This document shows, piece after piece, positions 1 through 9,740 of a stretch of DNA of 64,000 bases. The position numbers and the translations under genes are program-made. The DNA is from a virus. The stretch's first letter is position 1. The number at the start of each line of letters is the position of its first letter. The notes below the pieces were generated by a model, which saw nothing but the letters and a program-made list of their open reading frames with translations, was not told the DNA's origin and made no database searches. The stretch covers positions 12,793 to 76,792 of the IMG/VR virus record IMGVR_UViG_3300032313_001281; one strand, 5' to 3'.

Positions 1-916
1 CCATGGACCCAGACGCATCAATGCTGATGGCAATATCAATCATTTCATCGTTTTTCATACCCGGCATGACAGCGTCCATGTGCCAACCTCTACGACTGGC
101 ACGCATCCAGGTAAAGTCACTCTTGATTGTGGACTCCAATTGCATACGCAAAAATTCACGCCAGTTCATCTTGGGTGCAGTTATGTCCTGGATCAAGCGT
201 CGGACACCTGCGGGCAAGTTGCCAGCACCATCTGACGCCGCGGCAGCTGCCAGGACTGCTTCTTTGATTTCATCACGGATCTTTTGACGATCCTCGGCTG
301 ACAGTTTGGGTTTCTTGCCCCGGCCATCTTTTTCGTCGCCATCATCGTCGTCTCCGCTGTTACCCTCGCCATCCAGGTGATCGTCCAAGAGCTTGTCGAT
401 GAGATCCGACATGTTGATTTTTTCAGCATTTTCATACAGGTCGTCATAGATTTCTTCTGAACTCTTGCCTTCATACTTGCTGTCATACAAGCAAGGTACC
501 GACGTAATAAACTCGCCCACACGGTGTTTTTTCAAGTCGCCGTTGACAGCATAATCATTGGCCACATTGAACAACATGGGGTCACGGTCGCCTCTACGAC
601 CAAAGTGGTCATACACACAATGCAAGACCTCGTGACCAAACAAGAACTCAATCTCTTTGGGCCGGAGCATGTCAATGAATCGGCTATTGTAATAGAAATG
701 ACGTCCGTCTGTGGCCGCGGTGCTGCACCATTCGTCAGCGTTGACTAACTTAAGACGGGTGGCCAAGTTACCAAAGAAACTGGCACGGAGCAGTAAACCC
801 ACACGGGCTGTGATCAGCTTTTCACGCACTTCACGATCCAGTTTGGGATCCATGGGTCCGCATAGATCTTTGAACTTGTCACTTTCTTTTTTGTTTTGTG
901 TGGTTGCTGTGCTCAT
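1..916 (-). CDS. DUF2201-like metallopeptidase + vWA domain protein (runs off the left edge; absent from ORF track)
   Basis: Manual translation from ATG at 916 (AGGAG upstream): MSTATTQ...TAATDG...HEVLHCVYDH (HExxH)...acidic linker...IAISIDASGSM (start of MIDAS DxSxS); open to position 1. Confidence 0.85.
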   Translation of the reverse strand, partial: MSTATTQNKKESDKFKDLCGPMDPKLDREVREKLITARVGLLLRASFFGNLATRLKLVNADEWCSTAATDGRHFYYNSRFIDMLRPKEIEFLFGHEVLHCVYDHFGRRGDRDPMLFNVANDYAVNGDLKKHRVGEFITSVPCLYDSKYEGKSSEEIYDDLYENAEKINMSDLIDKLLDDHLDGEGNSGDDDDGDEKDGRGKKPKLSAEDRQKIRDEIKEAVLAAAAASDGAGNLPAGVRRLIQDITAPKMNWREFLRMQLESTIKSDFTWMRASRRGWHMDAVMPGMKNDEMIDIAISIDASGSM

Positions 917-945
917 ACTGCTCCTATTATCTGACTGTATATAAC

Positions 946-974
946 ATTATAGCAAAAACGGATTTATTGGTCAA
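946..974 (-). promoter_or_regulatory. sigma70-type early promoter
   Basis: TTGACC-17 nt-TATAAT on minus strand upstream of the vWA gene. Confidence 0.8.
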
Positions 975-1296
975 CCAGGGCATTATTAAGGTATTTTAGC
1001 ACAAACCAAGTCTGTTGGGCTTGATCGTAGAAATCCAGGTGTATTTCCATCTGATGAGTGTAACGATTAGACAAATCTTGACCAATACTGGAAAGAAAAG
1101 TGTTTTCATCATCCGTATATTTCTCACTCCAGGGCACATAGGTTTTGTGCCTACGTACAGTGAATCCCAACTCTCTCCGACACACATAACTGATCAACAC
1201 ACGGGTTCCATAATCACATCCAAGACGATATTGTATGGGCTCCCAATCTTTGGGATTGTGGAATACGATCAGGCCGGGTTTGACGGTAATTTTCAT
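964..1296 (-). CDS. small hypothetical protein (D-x(4-6)-F-x-L-x-W/F family)
   Basis: 110 aa, C-term LDFYDQAQQTWFVLKY. Confidence 0.7.
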   Translation of the reverse strand: MKITVKPGLIVFHNPKDWEPIQYRLGCDYGTRVLISYVCRRELGFTVRRHKTYVPWSEKYTDDENTFLSSIGQDLSNRYTHQMEIHLDFYDQAQQTWFVLKYLNNALVDQ

Positions 1297-1574
1297 TGGC
1301 CAAATTTCAACAAGAATACTGTGTATTTTTTCTCATCTACAATCACATAGTCCAGATCAATGCCACCCAGCTTGTGATTCATAGCGAGTTTGATTCCGTA
1401 GTATTCTCTTATGTAATCTTCAAAGGTCAGGAAGCCTTGGCCTACGGGCACAGCCGCAGCCAACTGATCCCATTCTCGTTTGGCCTGTTGTAGACGTGCA
1501 AAATTTTGGGTATCCCCTCCAATCAAAGTATCCAGTCGGGCCGCTGTGTCGGCATAATAAGAATCCTTACTCAT
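1293..1574 (-). CDS. small hypothetical protein (same family)
   Basis: Likely start MSKDS overlapping upstream gene end; C-term IVDEKKYTVFLLKF. Confidence 0.7.
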   Translation of the reverse strand: MSKDSYYADTAARLDTLIGGDTQNFARLQQAKREWDQLAAAVPVGQGFLTFEDYIREYYGIKLAMNHKLGGIDLDYVIVDEKKYTVFLLKFGQ

Positions 1575-1845
1575 CTTCCCACCATTTAATCGTCTTTGCA
1601 CGCAGTTTAATCATGGTAAACTCGTGCGGATCTATGGAGCGACGTATACCCCAGACAGGTTTGACCAAGTAAACACCATTGGCATTTTCCAACCAAACTC
1701 TACGGCTGTTGGACACAAAGTCGTCATGTGTTTTGAAACACATGCGGCCACCTTCTGCTGGCGAGCAGTTGGGCATGCACCAAAGATGCCACTGCTCCAG
1801 CGTGGCTTTCTTTGTGCGCTCGTCTAGTTCGTAATAGTAGTTCAT
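1567..1845 (-). CDS. small hypothetical protein (probably same family)
   Basis: 92 aa, tight packing, IDPHEFTMIKLR. Confidence 0.65.
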   Translation of the reverse strand: MNYYYELDERTKKATLEQWHLWCMPNCSPAEGGRMCFKTHDDFVSNSRRVWLENANGVYLVKPVWGIRRSIDPHEFTMIKLRAKTIKWWEDE

Positions 1846-1848
1846 GAT

Positions 1849-3366
1849 TTATTTGTTACAGTAAGATCTGGCTCTGGCCAATTCAGGAATATAGTCTTCT
1901 AACCTACTGTTTCTTGATTCATCTAGTTTGTCATTGTATTCAAAAAAACTTGTCAGCAATCTTGGATCGTATTCATGATTTTGATGCCTTGAAATCACTT
2001 CATCTACAAGGTTGTTGGTGTTTCTACCATTGTTATGATACACTTTGGTTTCTCTGCATCTATACATGGATTCCAATACTTGTTCCTTTAGAGGATTGTG
2101 CCAGGGGCCAAGATAGTTGTCTACAGTGCTGGCCGGTTGCACCAAAGTATTATGCCCAGGAAATTCACGATCATAAAACTCATAAACCTCATGTATTCTG
2201 GTAGCATTGTACATCATAAACACTGTCTGAAATGCCAGTTGATGTCCTTTTTCAATTATCTGATAGCAATTTTTTCTCACAGATTCAAAATCACTGCCCC
2301 ACCTGATGTAATCATTGATTTTTTTATAGCCATCAAAGCTGACACTGAAATTTACCTGAGAAAATTCCTTCAGCAGATCCCATAAGGTGTTGCTGATCTT
2401 GTGTCCATTGGTTCCAATGGTAAGATAAAAGTTTGTTTGATTTTGCTTGATACATCGTCGCAAAAAAGTATAAAATTCAGGTATAACTGTTGGATCACCA
2501 CCGGTGTAATGTATTCGTTTCACAGTGTCAAAGTTGATTTTGTCCCAGGGAAAATCTTGCATGCGCCATTGGTCAGTTCGAATCGGCCAGCCAATTTTCT
2601 TGTATTCTTTTTCAATAAGATGGCTATGCACGTCATCACACATCCTACACATGATATTGCACTTGTTACTTGGACGTATTTCAATGTATGCTGGATCTCT
2701 GACATCTTTGAGATCAGTTATGTTTTTCAGTCTTAGCTCCATGGCCCATTCTAACGATTCAAATTGTCTGGCAGATTCTCCATCGTGTTGTTCTCTTTCG
2801 TAGCATACACCGCAACGTTCGTGCATTTGAATTCCAGCCAACATATTATCTCTTATGACACCAAATGCTGGATCAGTTGACCAGTTGGTAATTTTTTCAA
2901 TCTTGGTCACAGGTGTGGGATTTTTTTGACATTGTACAACGTTGCCATAATCATTGTTTAACCCTATAAAAGGGTAAACGCAGACACTTTTGTTGGTTCT
3001 CAATAAGTCGTACCAATACAGTATGGTCTCATTTCCAAGATTGTTTCTGAACTCGGTAGCAATACCTTTTTTCTCCAACGCAATCATTAGTTTGAAGGTA
3101 TGGACAAATGATTTCCAGTGTGGATAACTGTCAATGTCTTGATCTATCATTACAACCAAATCAAAGTGCTTGGCCAAATTACTGATAATATCGCCAGAAG
3201 ATATGTCTGCTATGCTGGTATGGTAGTAACCATTTTTAACAGGAGCAAAATGTTCTGAGGTAATAAGGCCATGATTAATGGCAGAATTTTTTTTGGCCAG
3301 TTCGATGACCAAGATGTCGGTATTCTCAGTTTCGTTGCCAATACATAGTATTTTTTTATCGGGCAT
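1849..3366 (-). CDS. radical SAM protein with twitch/SPASM-like Cys cluster
   Basis: CNIMCRMC (CxxxCxxC), YTGGDPT, TNG, SFDG motifs; extra Cys (CVYPF...C...CGVC). Confidence 0.85.
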   Translation of the reverse strand: MPDKKILCIGNETENTDILVIELAKKNSAINHGLITSEHFAPVKNGYYHTSIADISSGDIISNLAKHFDLVVMIDQDIDSYPHWKSFVHTFKLMIALEKKGIATEFRNNLGNETILYWYDLLRTNKSVCVYPFIGLNNDYGNVVQCQKNPTPVTKIEKITNWSTDPAFGVIRDNMLAGIQMHERCGVCYEREQHDGESARQFESLEWAMELRLKNITDLKDVRDPAYIEIRPSNKCNIMCRMCDDVHSHLIEKEYKKIGWPIRTDQWRMQDFPWDKINFDTVKRIHYTGGDPTVIPEFYTFLRRCIKQNQTNFYLTIGTNGHKISNTLWDLLKEFSQVNFSVSFDGYKKINDYIRWGSDFESVRKNCYQIIEKGHQLAFQTVFMMYNATRIHEVYEFYDREFPGHNTLVQPASTVDNYLGPWHNPLKEQVLESMYRCRETKVYHNNGRNTNNLVDEVISRHQNHEYDPRLLTSFFEYNDKLDESRNSRLEDYIPELARARSYCNK

Positions 3367-3473
3367 GGCTTATTTACGTATTAAATTTTAACCGTCACAA
3401 ACTCTATCTAAGAGCATATTCTTGCTTTACAAAAACCAGCACAGACATCATGGTCACAACAACCCTGGGTGCA

Positions 3474-3701
3474 TCATGACCAATGTAATCCAAATACTGT
3501 AGCGTCACGGGCATCTTCAAATCTAAACGCAAATCCTTCTGTGTTCTTGTATCCATGCAGGTGCCAACGCCCGTGCCCAGGATAACGATAGCACCACTCA
3601 GTGATAGCATTTGGGGCCCGATCAGCATTGTGCAACATGATCTTCCAGGTAACAACAATCTCGGTCCAGTTGGGTGGTGGCCATAAGTCTAACTTAATCA
3701 T
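3474..3701 (-). CDS. small hypothetical protein (same family)
   Basis: C-term FRFEDARDATVFGLHW. Confidence 0.7.
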   Translation of the reverse strand: MIKLDLWPPPNWTEIVVTWKIMLHNADRAPNAITEWCYRYPGHGRWHLHGYKNTEGFAFRFEDARDATVFGLHWS

Positions 3702-3916
3702 TCAAACCGCATCCTAAAAAAGGTTTCCTGTACTGGGTCACGGAATATAAATCTGACCTCAGGATGTGCATGTAAACTGTCATCGTATCCATCATAGGGA
3801 TCAGGTCGATATTCCCAGGTAAAATCTTCATGTAAGATCAGGCCGGCGGTCAAGACCTGCTCCTTAAATTCCAAGGCTTCCTGTGCGTTTTGAACAAGAA
3901 CTCGTATCACGACCAC
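3698..3916 (-). CDS. small hypothetical protein (same family)
   Basis: C-term FIFRDPVQETFFRMRF. Confidence 0.65.
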   Translation of the reverse strand: MVVIRVLVQNAQEALEFKEQVLTAGLILHEDFTWEYRPDPYDGYDDSLHAHPEVRFIFRDPVQETFFRMRFE

Positions 3917-4122
3917 CTCAACCGGAACAGCACAGCATGCCGCTCATCTCGAAACATGTAGGTGCTTTTGTAATCTGTCATCATGCTAGCCATAATATCT
4001 TCTCCTAACTTGTACCAGTCCAGATCAAATTGACCAATGTTGGCCTCACACCATTGTTGTACTTCGGGATAAGGATGCCTGGTGTAGCACACATAGGGCC
4101 ACTCGGGATCAGGCTGGCGCAT
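3907..4122 (-). CDS. small hypothetical protein (same family)
   Basis: C-term YMFRDERHAVLFRLRW; likely start MRQPD. Confidence 0.7.
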   Translation of the reverse strand: MRQPDPEWPYVCYTRHPYPEVQQWCEANIGQFDLDWYKLGEDIMASMMTDYKSTYMFRDERHAVLFRLRWS

Positions 4123-4453
4123 GCTGTCTCCATCGAAGTTCAAACATGGTCAAGGCTGAATCACTCACATAGATCCTGTATTCTTGATATCTACAACTGT
4201 AGGCCCAGTCAGTGTTGATGTAGCTGAAGTCGTGTACGTCTATGTTCATACGCACCTTGCTTTTGATCATCTCTATACGGGTCTCTACTTCCTGACTCCA
4301 ACCATAGGTCGCATTGAACCACTTTCGTGCTTGATCAAAGTCCAGCACACCTGTGCCCTGACCCCACTCACGATTTTTATGGAATTCAATCATGTAGTTG
4401 AATTCTTCCCAGTGGGCGTATCTACGATCCAGGCGAGTAACGGTATAGTTCAT
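4109..4453 (-). CDS. small hypothetical protein (same family)
   Basis: C-term IYVSDSALTMFELRW. Confidence 0.7.
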   Translation of the reverse strand: MNYTVTRLDRRYAHWEEFNYMIEFHKNREWGQGTGVLDFDQARKWFNATYGWSQEVETRIEMIKSKVRMNIDVHDFSYINTDWAYSCRYQEYRIYVSDSALTMFELRWRQHAPA

Positions 4454-4558
4454 AGTTTTTCTAGTAAAATACAAAATATTTTGTTGTTACCTTGTCAGGG
4501 TTATTCCTTACAAACACTCTGGTTAGGCTGGTATAAGTGATTATAATGCTATCAAATT

Positions 4559-5605
4559 TTAACAAATCCGTTGATCTGATATTTTATTATCAATATATTT
4601 CCTTAGTTCACTGGTGTTTTCAAAAAAATTCTTTTTATACATTGGAAATTTTATTTTAAAATAATTTTCACACAGGTATTCCACATACGACTCCTCACTG
4701 ATGTTAAGAGTAATAAGAATATCTATATTGTTTTTTACAGCATCAAATACGGTTTCACATAATTGTCTTGAATTTTTATTAGGAACTTTTGATACATAAT
4801 CATTATGTATACTTTCTGAAAAATAATCTAGATCAAAATCCATGCCAAAATAATTTCCAATATCGATCAACTCTTGTTTAAAAAGATTAATGTCGTAAAT
4901 ATTTCTCAAACTTAAAGAATACATATTAGGAAATTGCGTATTATTACATCTTGTAAAGTCAGGCATTTTAGAAGGTGGAGCCCGATGAAACCAAGACTTA
5001 AACATGTGTCTAATGACCCATCGCGGTGCATTGGTACTGTGTTTATCTAAATAAAATGGTTCAAAACCAAATACATTTACACATTCGTTGATAATATTTT
5101 CTGGTAGATTCCAAAAATCATCTACCGAATTGATATCGGGCCAACTTGGGTCTTTTATATTGTTATATGGAGTAATGTCAGAGTATCGGTTGATATTATC
5201 AATAACTTCATGTAGCTCAGCTGTTGCTAATTTATTATAGGTATTTTCGGTCAGTAATTCCAGATCAATAGAAATGTTCGGACCCCGTCTTAGAGCAAGT
5301 TGTTTCACGGTTATATCTTCTGCTGATTCAAAGTTTATTTTTATAAAAAATTCATCCTTTTTAATATGTTTAACTATTGGATCCATGTTATATTCCACTA
5401 AAGTTTGCCAAGGATGCCAACATTCAAAAAATTTATTTTTTCTATAAGTATCAGTTCCTGTTACGTTATGAAAGGTACCGCCCGGATCAATAGGATTGTT
5501 CACATATTTTCTTTTGGTAGCCAGGGTGTTTAATACAAATTCAATATAATGGCCATGGGTTCCTGAGTAAAAAATAATTTTAATTGGTAAATTTGATCTA
5601 AACAT
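4559..5605 (-). CDS. AT-rich hypothetical protein (possible sulfotransferase-like N-terminus) carrying a DxSWPD module
   Basis: 348 aa ORF; FYSGTHGHY near N-term; YNNIKDPSWPDINSVDDFWNLP. Confidence 0.7.
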   Translation of the reverse strand: MFRSNLPIKIIFYSGTHGHYIEFVLNTLATKRKYVNNPIDPGGTFHNVTGTDTYRKNKFFECWHPWQTLVEYNMDPIVKHIKKDEFFIKINFESAEDITVKQLALRRGPNISIDLELLTENTYNKLATAELHEVIDNINRYSDITPYNNIKDPSWPDINSVDDFWNLPENIINECVNVFGFEPFYLDKHSTNAPRWVIRHMFKSWFHRAPPSKMPDFTRCNNTQFPNMYSLSLRNIYDINLFKQELIDIGNYFGMDFDLDYFSESIHNDYVSKVPNKNSRQLCETVFDAVKNNIDILITLNISEESYVEYLCENYFKIKFPMYKKNFFENTSELRKYIDNKISDQRIC

Positions 5606-5685
5606 TTTATTCTTGCCATTATATTAAAAGATTGGAAGGCTGTAGCGACACAGCCTGTGAAATCCACAGCCTTCCGGGCCTATTT

Positions 5686-6771
5686 CTAGGCCGAAGCTTG
5701 CAGGATGTACTTACCGTAGCGGTTGTGGAACTCATCAAAGTTCTTGAGCTTGGTAGGCTGAAACGGTAAGTTGTAAGTGGTAAGTGCAATTCTGGCACCC
5801 ATAACAACCAACTCGGTCTCAAAGTTCTTCATCATGTAGGCAAAGAAATGATCGGCCATTTCGTGGAACTGCTTGTCAGCAACCTTGCGTTCAATAGCAC
5901 CTTTGAGCTCGTAGCACATACTGATCACCAAGCTGTACATGGCTGACACTTCTTTGACATCTAGATCCTTGACCTTGCCCGACAAGATATCTTCGGGTTT
6001 GGGCATGCGTCCAGCAATCTTACGGTGTGCCATGAACTTGACAGCAAGGCCTTCGCCCACAGTACCAGCAATCAAGTTCATGACAGTGTCATCATCACCA
6101 TCTTCATCTTCTAAAAGCTGGCTCACAAATGTCCACGATCTTGGTGTTGCAAAGGCACGACTTGCACTTTTAGGATCAAAGTCATAGAGATCTTGTTTGG
6201 CAAAACTCAAATAACCTACCACGTCCTTGTGGATGTTGTTGTTGACTGCCCACTCTTGGTAGCTGGCAAAGTCCACACGCATCTCTTGGTGAATGAAACG
6301 ATTGGCCAAGGGCGTGGGCATGCGGTATGTGACACCTTTGTCGCTTTCTCTGTTACCGGCAGCAACCAAGACCACGTTGTCGGGCAAGAAATATTTGCCC
6401 ACTCTGCGATTCAAAATCAATTGATAAGCCGCGGCCTGTACGCTAGGAGCCGCACTATTCATCTCGTCCAAGAACAGCACCACCATCGGATATTGATCAG
6501 CAAACTCTTTGGTAGGAAGATCTACAGGTTCAGCCCAGTCCATTTTACCTGAATCTTTGTTGTAGAAAGGAATACCACGAATGTCTGTGGGCTCCATTTG
6601 ACCAAGACGAAGGTCGATCATGTAACCACCAAGTTCCTGGGCAATATCGGCTACCAGTTCACTTTTACCAATACCAGGAGGACCCCACAGGAATAGCGGG
6701 CGTTTTTTTGCGAATGCTTTGAGCAAGCTCTTGCGAGCCTGCACCGATGTTACGGTTCTTGTGTCTGACAT
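5686..6771 (-). CDS. MoxR-like AAA+ ATPase (AAA_5 type)
   Basis: Walker A GPPGIGKS, Walker B LFLDE, AAGN sensor, LANRF arginine finger. Confidence 0.9.
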   Translation of the reverse strand: MSDTRTVTSVQARKSLLKAFAKKRPLFLWGPPGIGKSELVADIAQELGGYMIDLRLGQMEPTDIRGIPFYNKDSGKMDWAEPVDLPTKEFADQYPMVVLFLDEMNSAAPSVQAAAYQLILNRRVGKYFLPDNVVLVAAGNRESDKGVTYRMPTPLANRFIHQEMRVDFASYQEWAVNNNIHKDVVGYLSFAKQDLYDFDPKSASRAFATPRSWTFVSQLLEDEDGDDDTVMNLIAGTVGEGLAVKFMAHRKIAGRMPKPEDILSGKVKDLDVKEVSAMYSLVISMCYELKGAIERKVADKQFHEMADHFFAYMMKNFETELVVMGARIALTTYNLPFQPTKLKNFDEFHNRYGKYILQASA

Positions 6772-6824
6772 GGCTGTGTCCTTTTACGTACTTACTACAG
6801 GTTGAAATTAACTACTATACGACT

Positions 6825-6853
6825 ATTATATAACAAAGGACTTTTGAGGTCAA
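6825..6853 (-). promoter_or_regulatory. sigma70-type early promoter
   Basis: TTGACC-17-TATAAT upstream of the AAA gene. Confidence 0.8.
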
Positions 6854-6888
6854 CCAGGCATTATTTAATGTTAGTGTATACTAACTTG

Positions 6889-8046
6889 TCAGACTGTGCT
6901 AGAGATATCACTGATTTCGCCAAGATATCTGCCAATGGAAAATTTTGGTTTAACCCCACCAACATACATGTTGTTTTCTCTCATCTCATTGACCGGAACC
7001 ACCGAGTTCATATACTGCATGCCTTGACGCCAAATCCTTAAAAAATCAGAATTCTCATCACGATGAAACCAACTATCCCATTCTCTCAGAAAACCATGAC
7101 TGGATTTTTCACAATCCCAGTGCGGTAAAAATCTTTTGGGATAAATTACAGATGCTATCCAGTCCTGAATGTTGCGACTGCTCCAATTGATTAAGAGTTT
7201 GTCTGCATGCGATTTACCATTTTGCATGCGATTTAATGCCGTCAAAACCAGATGACCTTGTTTGCACAGCAGTTCGCCAGCCGAAGGAGCCCAATAAAAA
7301 TGTTCAATAAAATTATAGTTGCTATTGTTGTTGCGCAAGGGATTCTGTCGATTCAAATTTTCATCATCAAATACCAGGTGCAGGCCATTCCCTCGGCGAA
7401 AAAATCTGGGTTTTTCCATGCCTGTGATATGTGCTACAGTCTTGCCTTGATCCACCATCTTGGTGTATCTTTGATCCAAACAATTTGGGGTCGAAAGTAC
7501 CAACATGCCAGGATCTAAATTGTTGTATTCTTCAAACCAGGCAGGGTTGTCTCTCATGATATCAACGGCTAATTGTTTGGTTTCTACTACGGTAATTTTT
7601 AGATCAGGTTGATATTGTTCTTTGAAAATTTTTGCAGCAGGAACAGCAGCAATGCCGATTTCGGCATAGGTATTTTTCGCAGATCTAACTGTGGAATCTT
7701 GGATGCTGTCAGAAAAAGGACCACGTGTAACCACTTCATCTAGTTTGATATCATTAACAGCAAAGGTCTGCAATATATTTCCACTGTCATGTCCACCACT
7801 GAGATGCAGGACAAGATAATCGTATTTGTTTCTGATTTCTTGTGCTCGTTGCGTATATAAATCTTGTATGCTAGATTTCGGCTCAACAGACCAATCTATT
7901 AGATCAAAGTAATCGTTGTTAAAACACCATGAAAAATCTAAACCATGCGCCTTACAGTGCAAAATACATTCTAGTTTGTTGTAAAACTTTTTTTTGTCGG
8001 ATGATAGATAGTAACCGTATCTGTCAAAGTCAAATATGCTATACAT
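6889..8046 (-). CDS. PP-loop (adenine nucleotide alpha-hydrolase-like) protein, paralogue 1
   Basis: LHLSGGHDS motif; colinear similarity with 20329-21513. Confidence 0.75.
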   Translation of the reverse strand: MYSIFDFDRYGYYLSSDKKKFYNKLECILHCKAHGLDFSWCFNNDYFDLIDWSVEPKSSIQDLYTQRAQEIRNKYDYLVLHLSGGHDSGNILQTFAVNDIKLDEVVTRGPFSDSIQDSTVRSAKNTYAEIGIAAVPAAKIFKEQYQPDLKITVVETKQLAVDIMRDNPAWFEEYNNLDPGMLVLSTPNCLDQRYTKMVDQGKTVAHITGMEKPRFFRRGNGLHLVFDDENLNRQNPLRNNNSNYNFIEHFYWAPSAGELLCKQGHLVLTALNRMQNGKSHADKLLINWSSRNIQDWIASVIYPKRFLPHWDCEKSSHGFLREWDSWFHRDENSDFLRIWRQGMQYMNSVVPVNEMRENNMYVGGVKPKFSIGRYLGEISDISSTV

Positions 8047-8984
8047 CAGTTTGGTTCCAAAATCTTCATTTGATCATTTATCATACGCCATTGATGAGCT
8101 TGTTTTTTTACCTGTGTTTCAAAAGTGCCATCTAGCACAGACATCACCGCCATTCCTTGTTCGTGTGCCTGTTTTTGAAAATCTTTTGAAAAAACATGTC
8201 GTGAATATTTTTTCCTAAGTTCTTGGATTTGTGCTTGGTCTAACTTACTGTTTACTGCCAGTGCTGACCAGTTGTAAAAAACGAATCCATCCAGCCAATC
8301 ATGCATCAACGGATACTGATTGAATCGAGAATCGTTTGGTGCTGATCCCAATGCCATTATGTCAATGTCTTTGCCTATGTTTGCAGCTACAATGCCCAGA
8401 TTATCTAGCATGATATCAATGTGTCCACCCAACAGTGCAGCTTTCACATCGCCGCTGCCTTTGAAAGGAACTACAATCAACTCGTGTGCTGTGTATTTTT
8501 GCATCCAACGTGCAAAAAATTCATGTGCGGTCCCGCCCACACCAATGGTTATACTCAACCTGTTGTTGGTAGGCCCAAATAATTCTTTCATTGTTTTGAC
8601 CTTGCTGGTTTTTGTGTTGATTGCCATGACCTCGGGACTGGCCAGAAAGGGAGAAATTATAGTCAAGTCTCGCAAAGGGTCAATTTTTTTGGTGCGCATG
8701 GGTTCAAACAGTATTATACCTGGCCCCACGCCGATCAAGGAGGTTGCATCCGGTGGCAATGTCAGATAAGCATGGTAGCCTACTAGTCCGCCTGCACCTG
8801 CACGATTTTGGATTATGGTTCGTGTGTTATCGTATTTGTCTGAAAAGTTGGCTAGTTGTCTGGACCACAGGTCAACATTTCCACCCGTAGAAAAGGGAAC
8901 GATGATTGTAGTATTGGCTATGGCCATGTTGCCAAACAAGCACAAGATAGCCGTGACCAATACCAAAGTGAGTTTTTTAATCAT
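8046..8984 (-). CDS. Bug/TctC family periplasmic solute-binding protein
   Basis: Signal peptide, IIVPFSTGGNVD, NRAGAGG, VPFKGSG...ALLGGHID. Confidence 0.9.
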   Translation of the reverse strand: MIKKLTLVLVTAILCLFGNMAIANTTIIVPFSTGGNVDLWSRQLANFSDKYDNTRTIIQNRAGAGGLVGYHAYLTLPPDATSLIGVGPGIILFEPMRTKKIDPLRDLTIISPFLASPEVMAINTKTSKVKTMKELFGPTNNRLSITIGVGGTAHEFFARWMQKYTAHELIVVPFKGSGDVKAALLGGHIDIMLDNLGIVAANIGKDIDIMALGSAPNDSRFNQYPLMHDWLDGFVFYNWSALAVNSKLDQAQIQELRKKYSRHVFSKDFQKQAHEQGMAVMSVLDGTFETQVKKQAHQWRMINDQMKILEPN

Positions 8985-9016
8985 TTTTTTTCTTCAAATA
9001 AAAATTTTGTTGCGTG

Positions 9017-9301
9017 TTATCGGCCACGTCCAGCACTTCGTGTGGGTGGTTTTTTGCCTGTGGGCGGCGCAGTCTTGACCTTCTTGACTTTAATATCGGT
9101 AGCGGCCACATCACTGCCGTCCACGTGGGTCTTGCCCTGTTTCTTTTCCAGGGCACGGGCCAGGGTTTCAGACATCTTGCTCATTTCTCTATCCTTTCGT
9201 TTTTGATCTAGCCGATCTAACAAGGCCAGCAATTCTGTTTTAGTAAGTGTTTTGCCCCAGGTGGGCTTGGTCTGTGTAGTTTTGGATTTTTTAGTTGCCA
9301 T
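9017..9301 (-). CDS. basic hypothetical protein
   Basis: 94 aa Lys/Arg-rich ORF just downstream of tRNA-Thr. Confidence 0.6.
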   Translation of the reverse strand: MATKKSKTTQTKPTWGKTLTKTELLALLDRLDQKRKDREMSKMSETLARALEKKQGKTHVDGSDVAATDIKVKKVKTAPPTGKKPPTRSAGRGR

Positions 9302-9306
9302 ATTTT

Positions 9307-9381
<75 letters not shown>

Positions 9382-9386
9382 CGATA

Positions 9387-9605
9387 CTATTCTGCCACAG
9401 TTTCTGCTACCGCCGGCGCCCGATAGCTGGAACGACCTTTTAGTTCTGCGATTCTGCGTGTAATTTTTGCCACATGACGTTTGCGAGACGAAGTCAACAG
9501 CTTTTCCAATTGTGCCACATTGAGTGGTCCCAAGCGTGGGTTACCATTCTTGGTACGCATAGGATCTGCCTTGCGTGATTTTTGTCCTGTTTTGTTGCTG
9601 GCCAT
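9387..9605 (-). CDS. basic hypothetical protein
   Basis: 72 aa, AAGGAG SD upstream. Confidence 0.7.
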   Translation of the reverse strand: MASNKTGQKSRKADPMRTKNGNPRLGPLNVAQLEKLLTSSRKRHVAKITRRIAELKGRSSYRAPAVAETVAE

Positions 9606-9662
9606 GTATTACTCCTTGTTTTGCATCTGTACTTATTTTGCATGACCACTGATAAAAATATT

Positions 9663-9737
9663 TGGTACACCCTAGGAGAATCGAACTCCTCTTCCGCCCG
9701 TGAAAGGGGCGTGTCCTAACCGATAGACGAAGGGTGC
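9663..9737 (-). tRNA. tRNA-Glu(UUC)
   Basis: Cloverleaf, loop CUUUCAC, encoded CCA. Confidence 0.92.
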
Positions 9738-9740
9738 AGG

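Noticed and set aside
193-522. 109-aa minus-strand ORF in the track
   Set aside because: Out-of-frame shadow of the real vWA/metallopeptidase gene (916 to <1)
5633-5676. Inverted repeat ggaaggctgt...acagccttcc after the AAA gene as a novel RNA
   Set aside because: Adequately explained as a terminator or mRNA-stabilising hairpin
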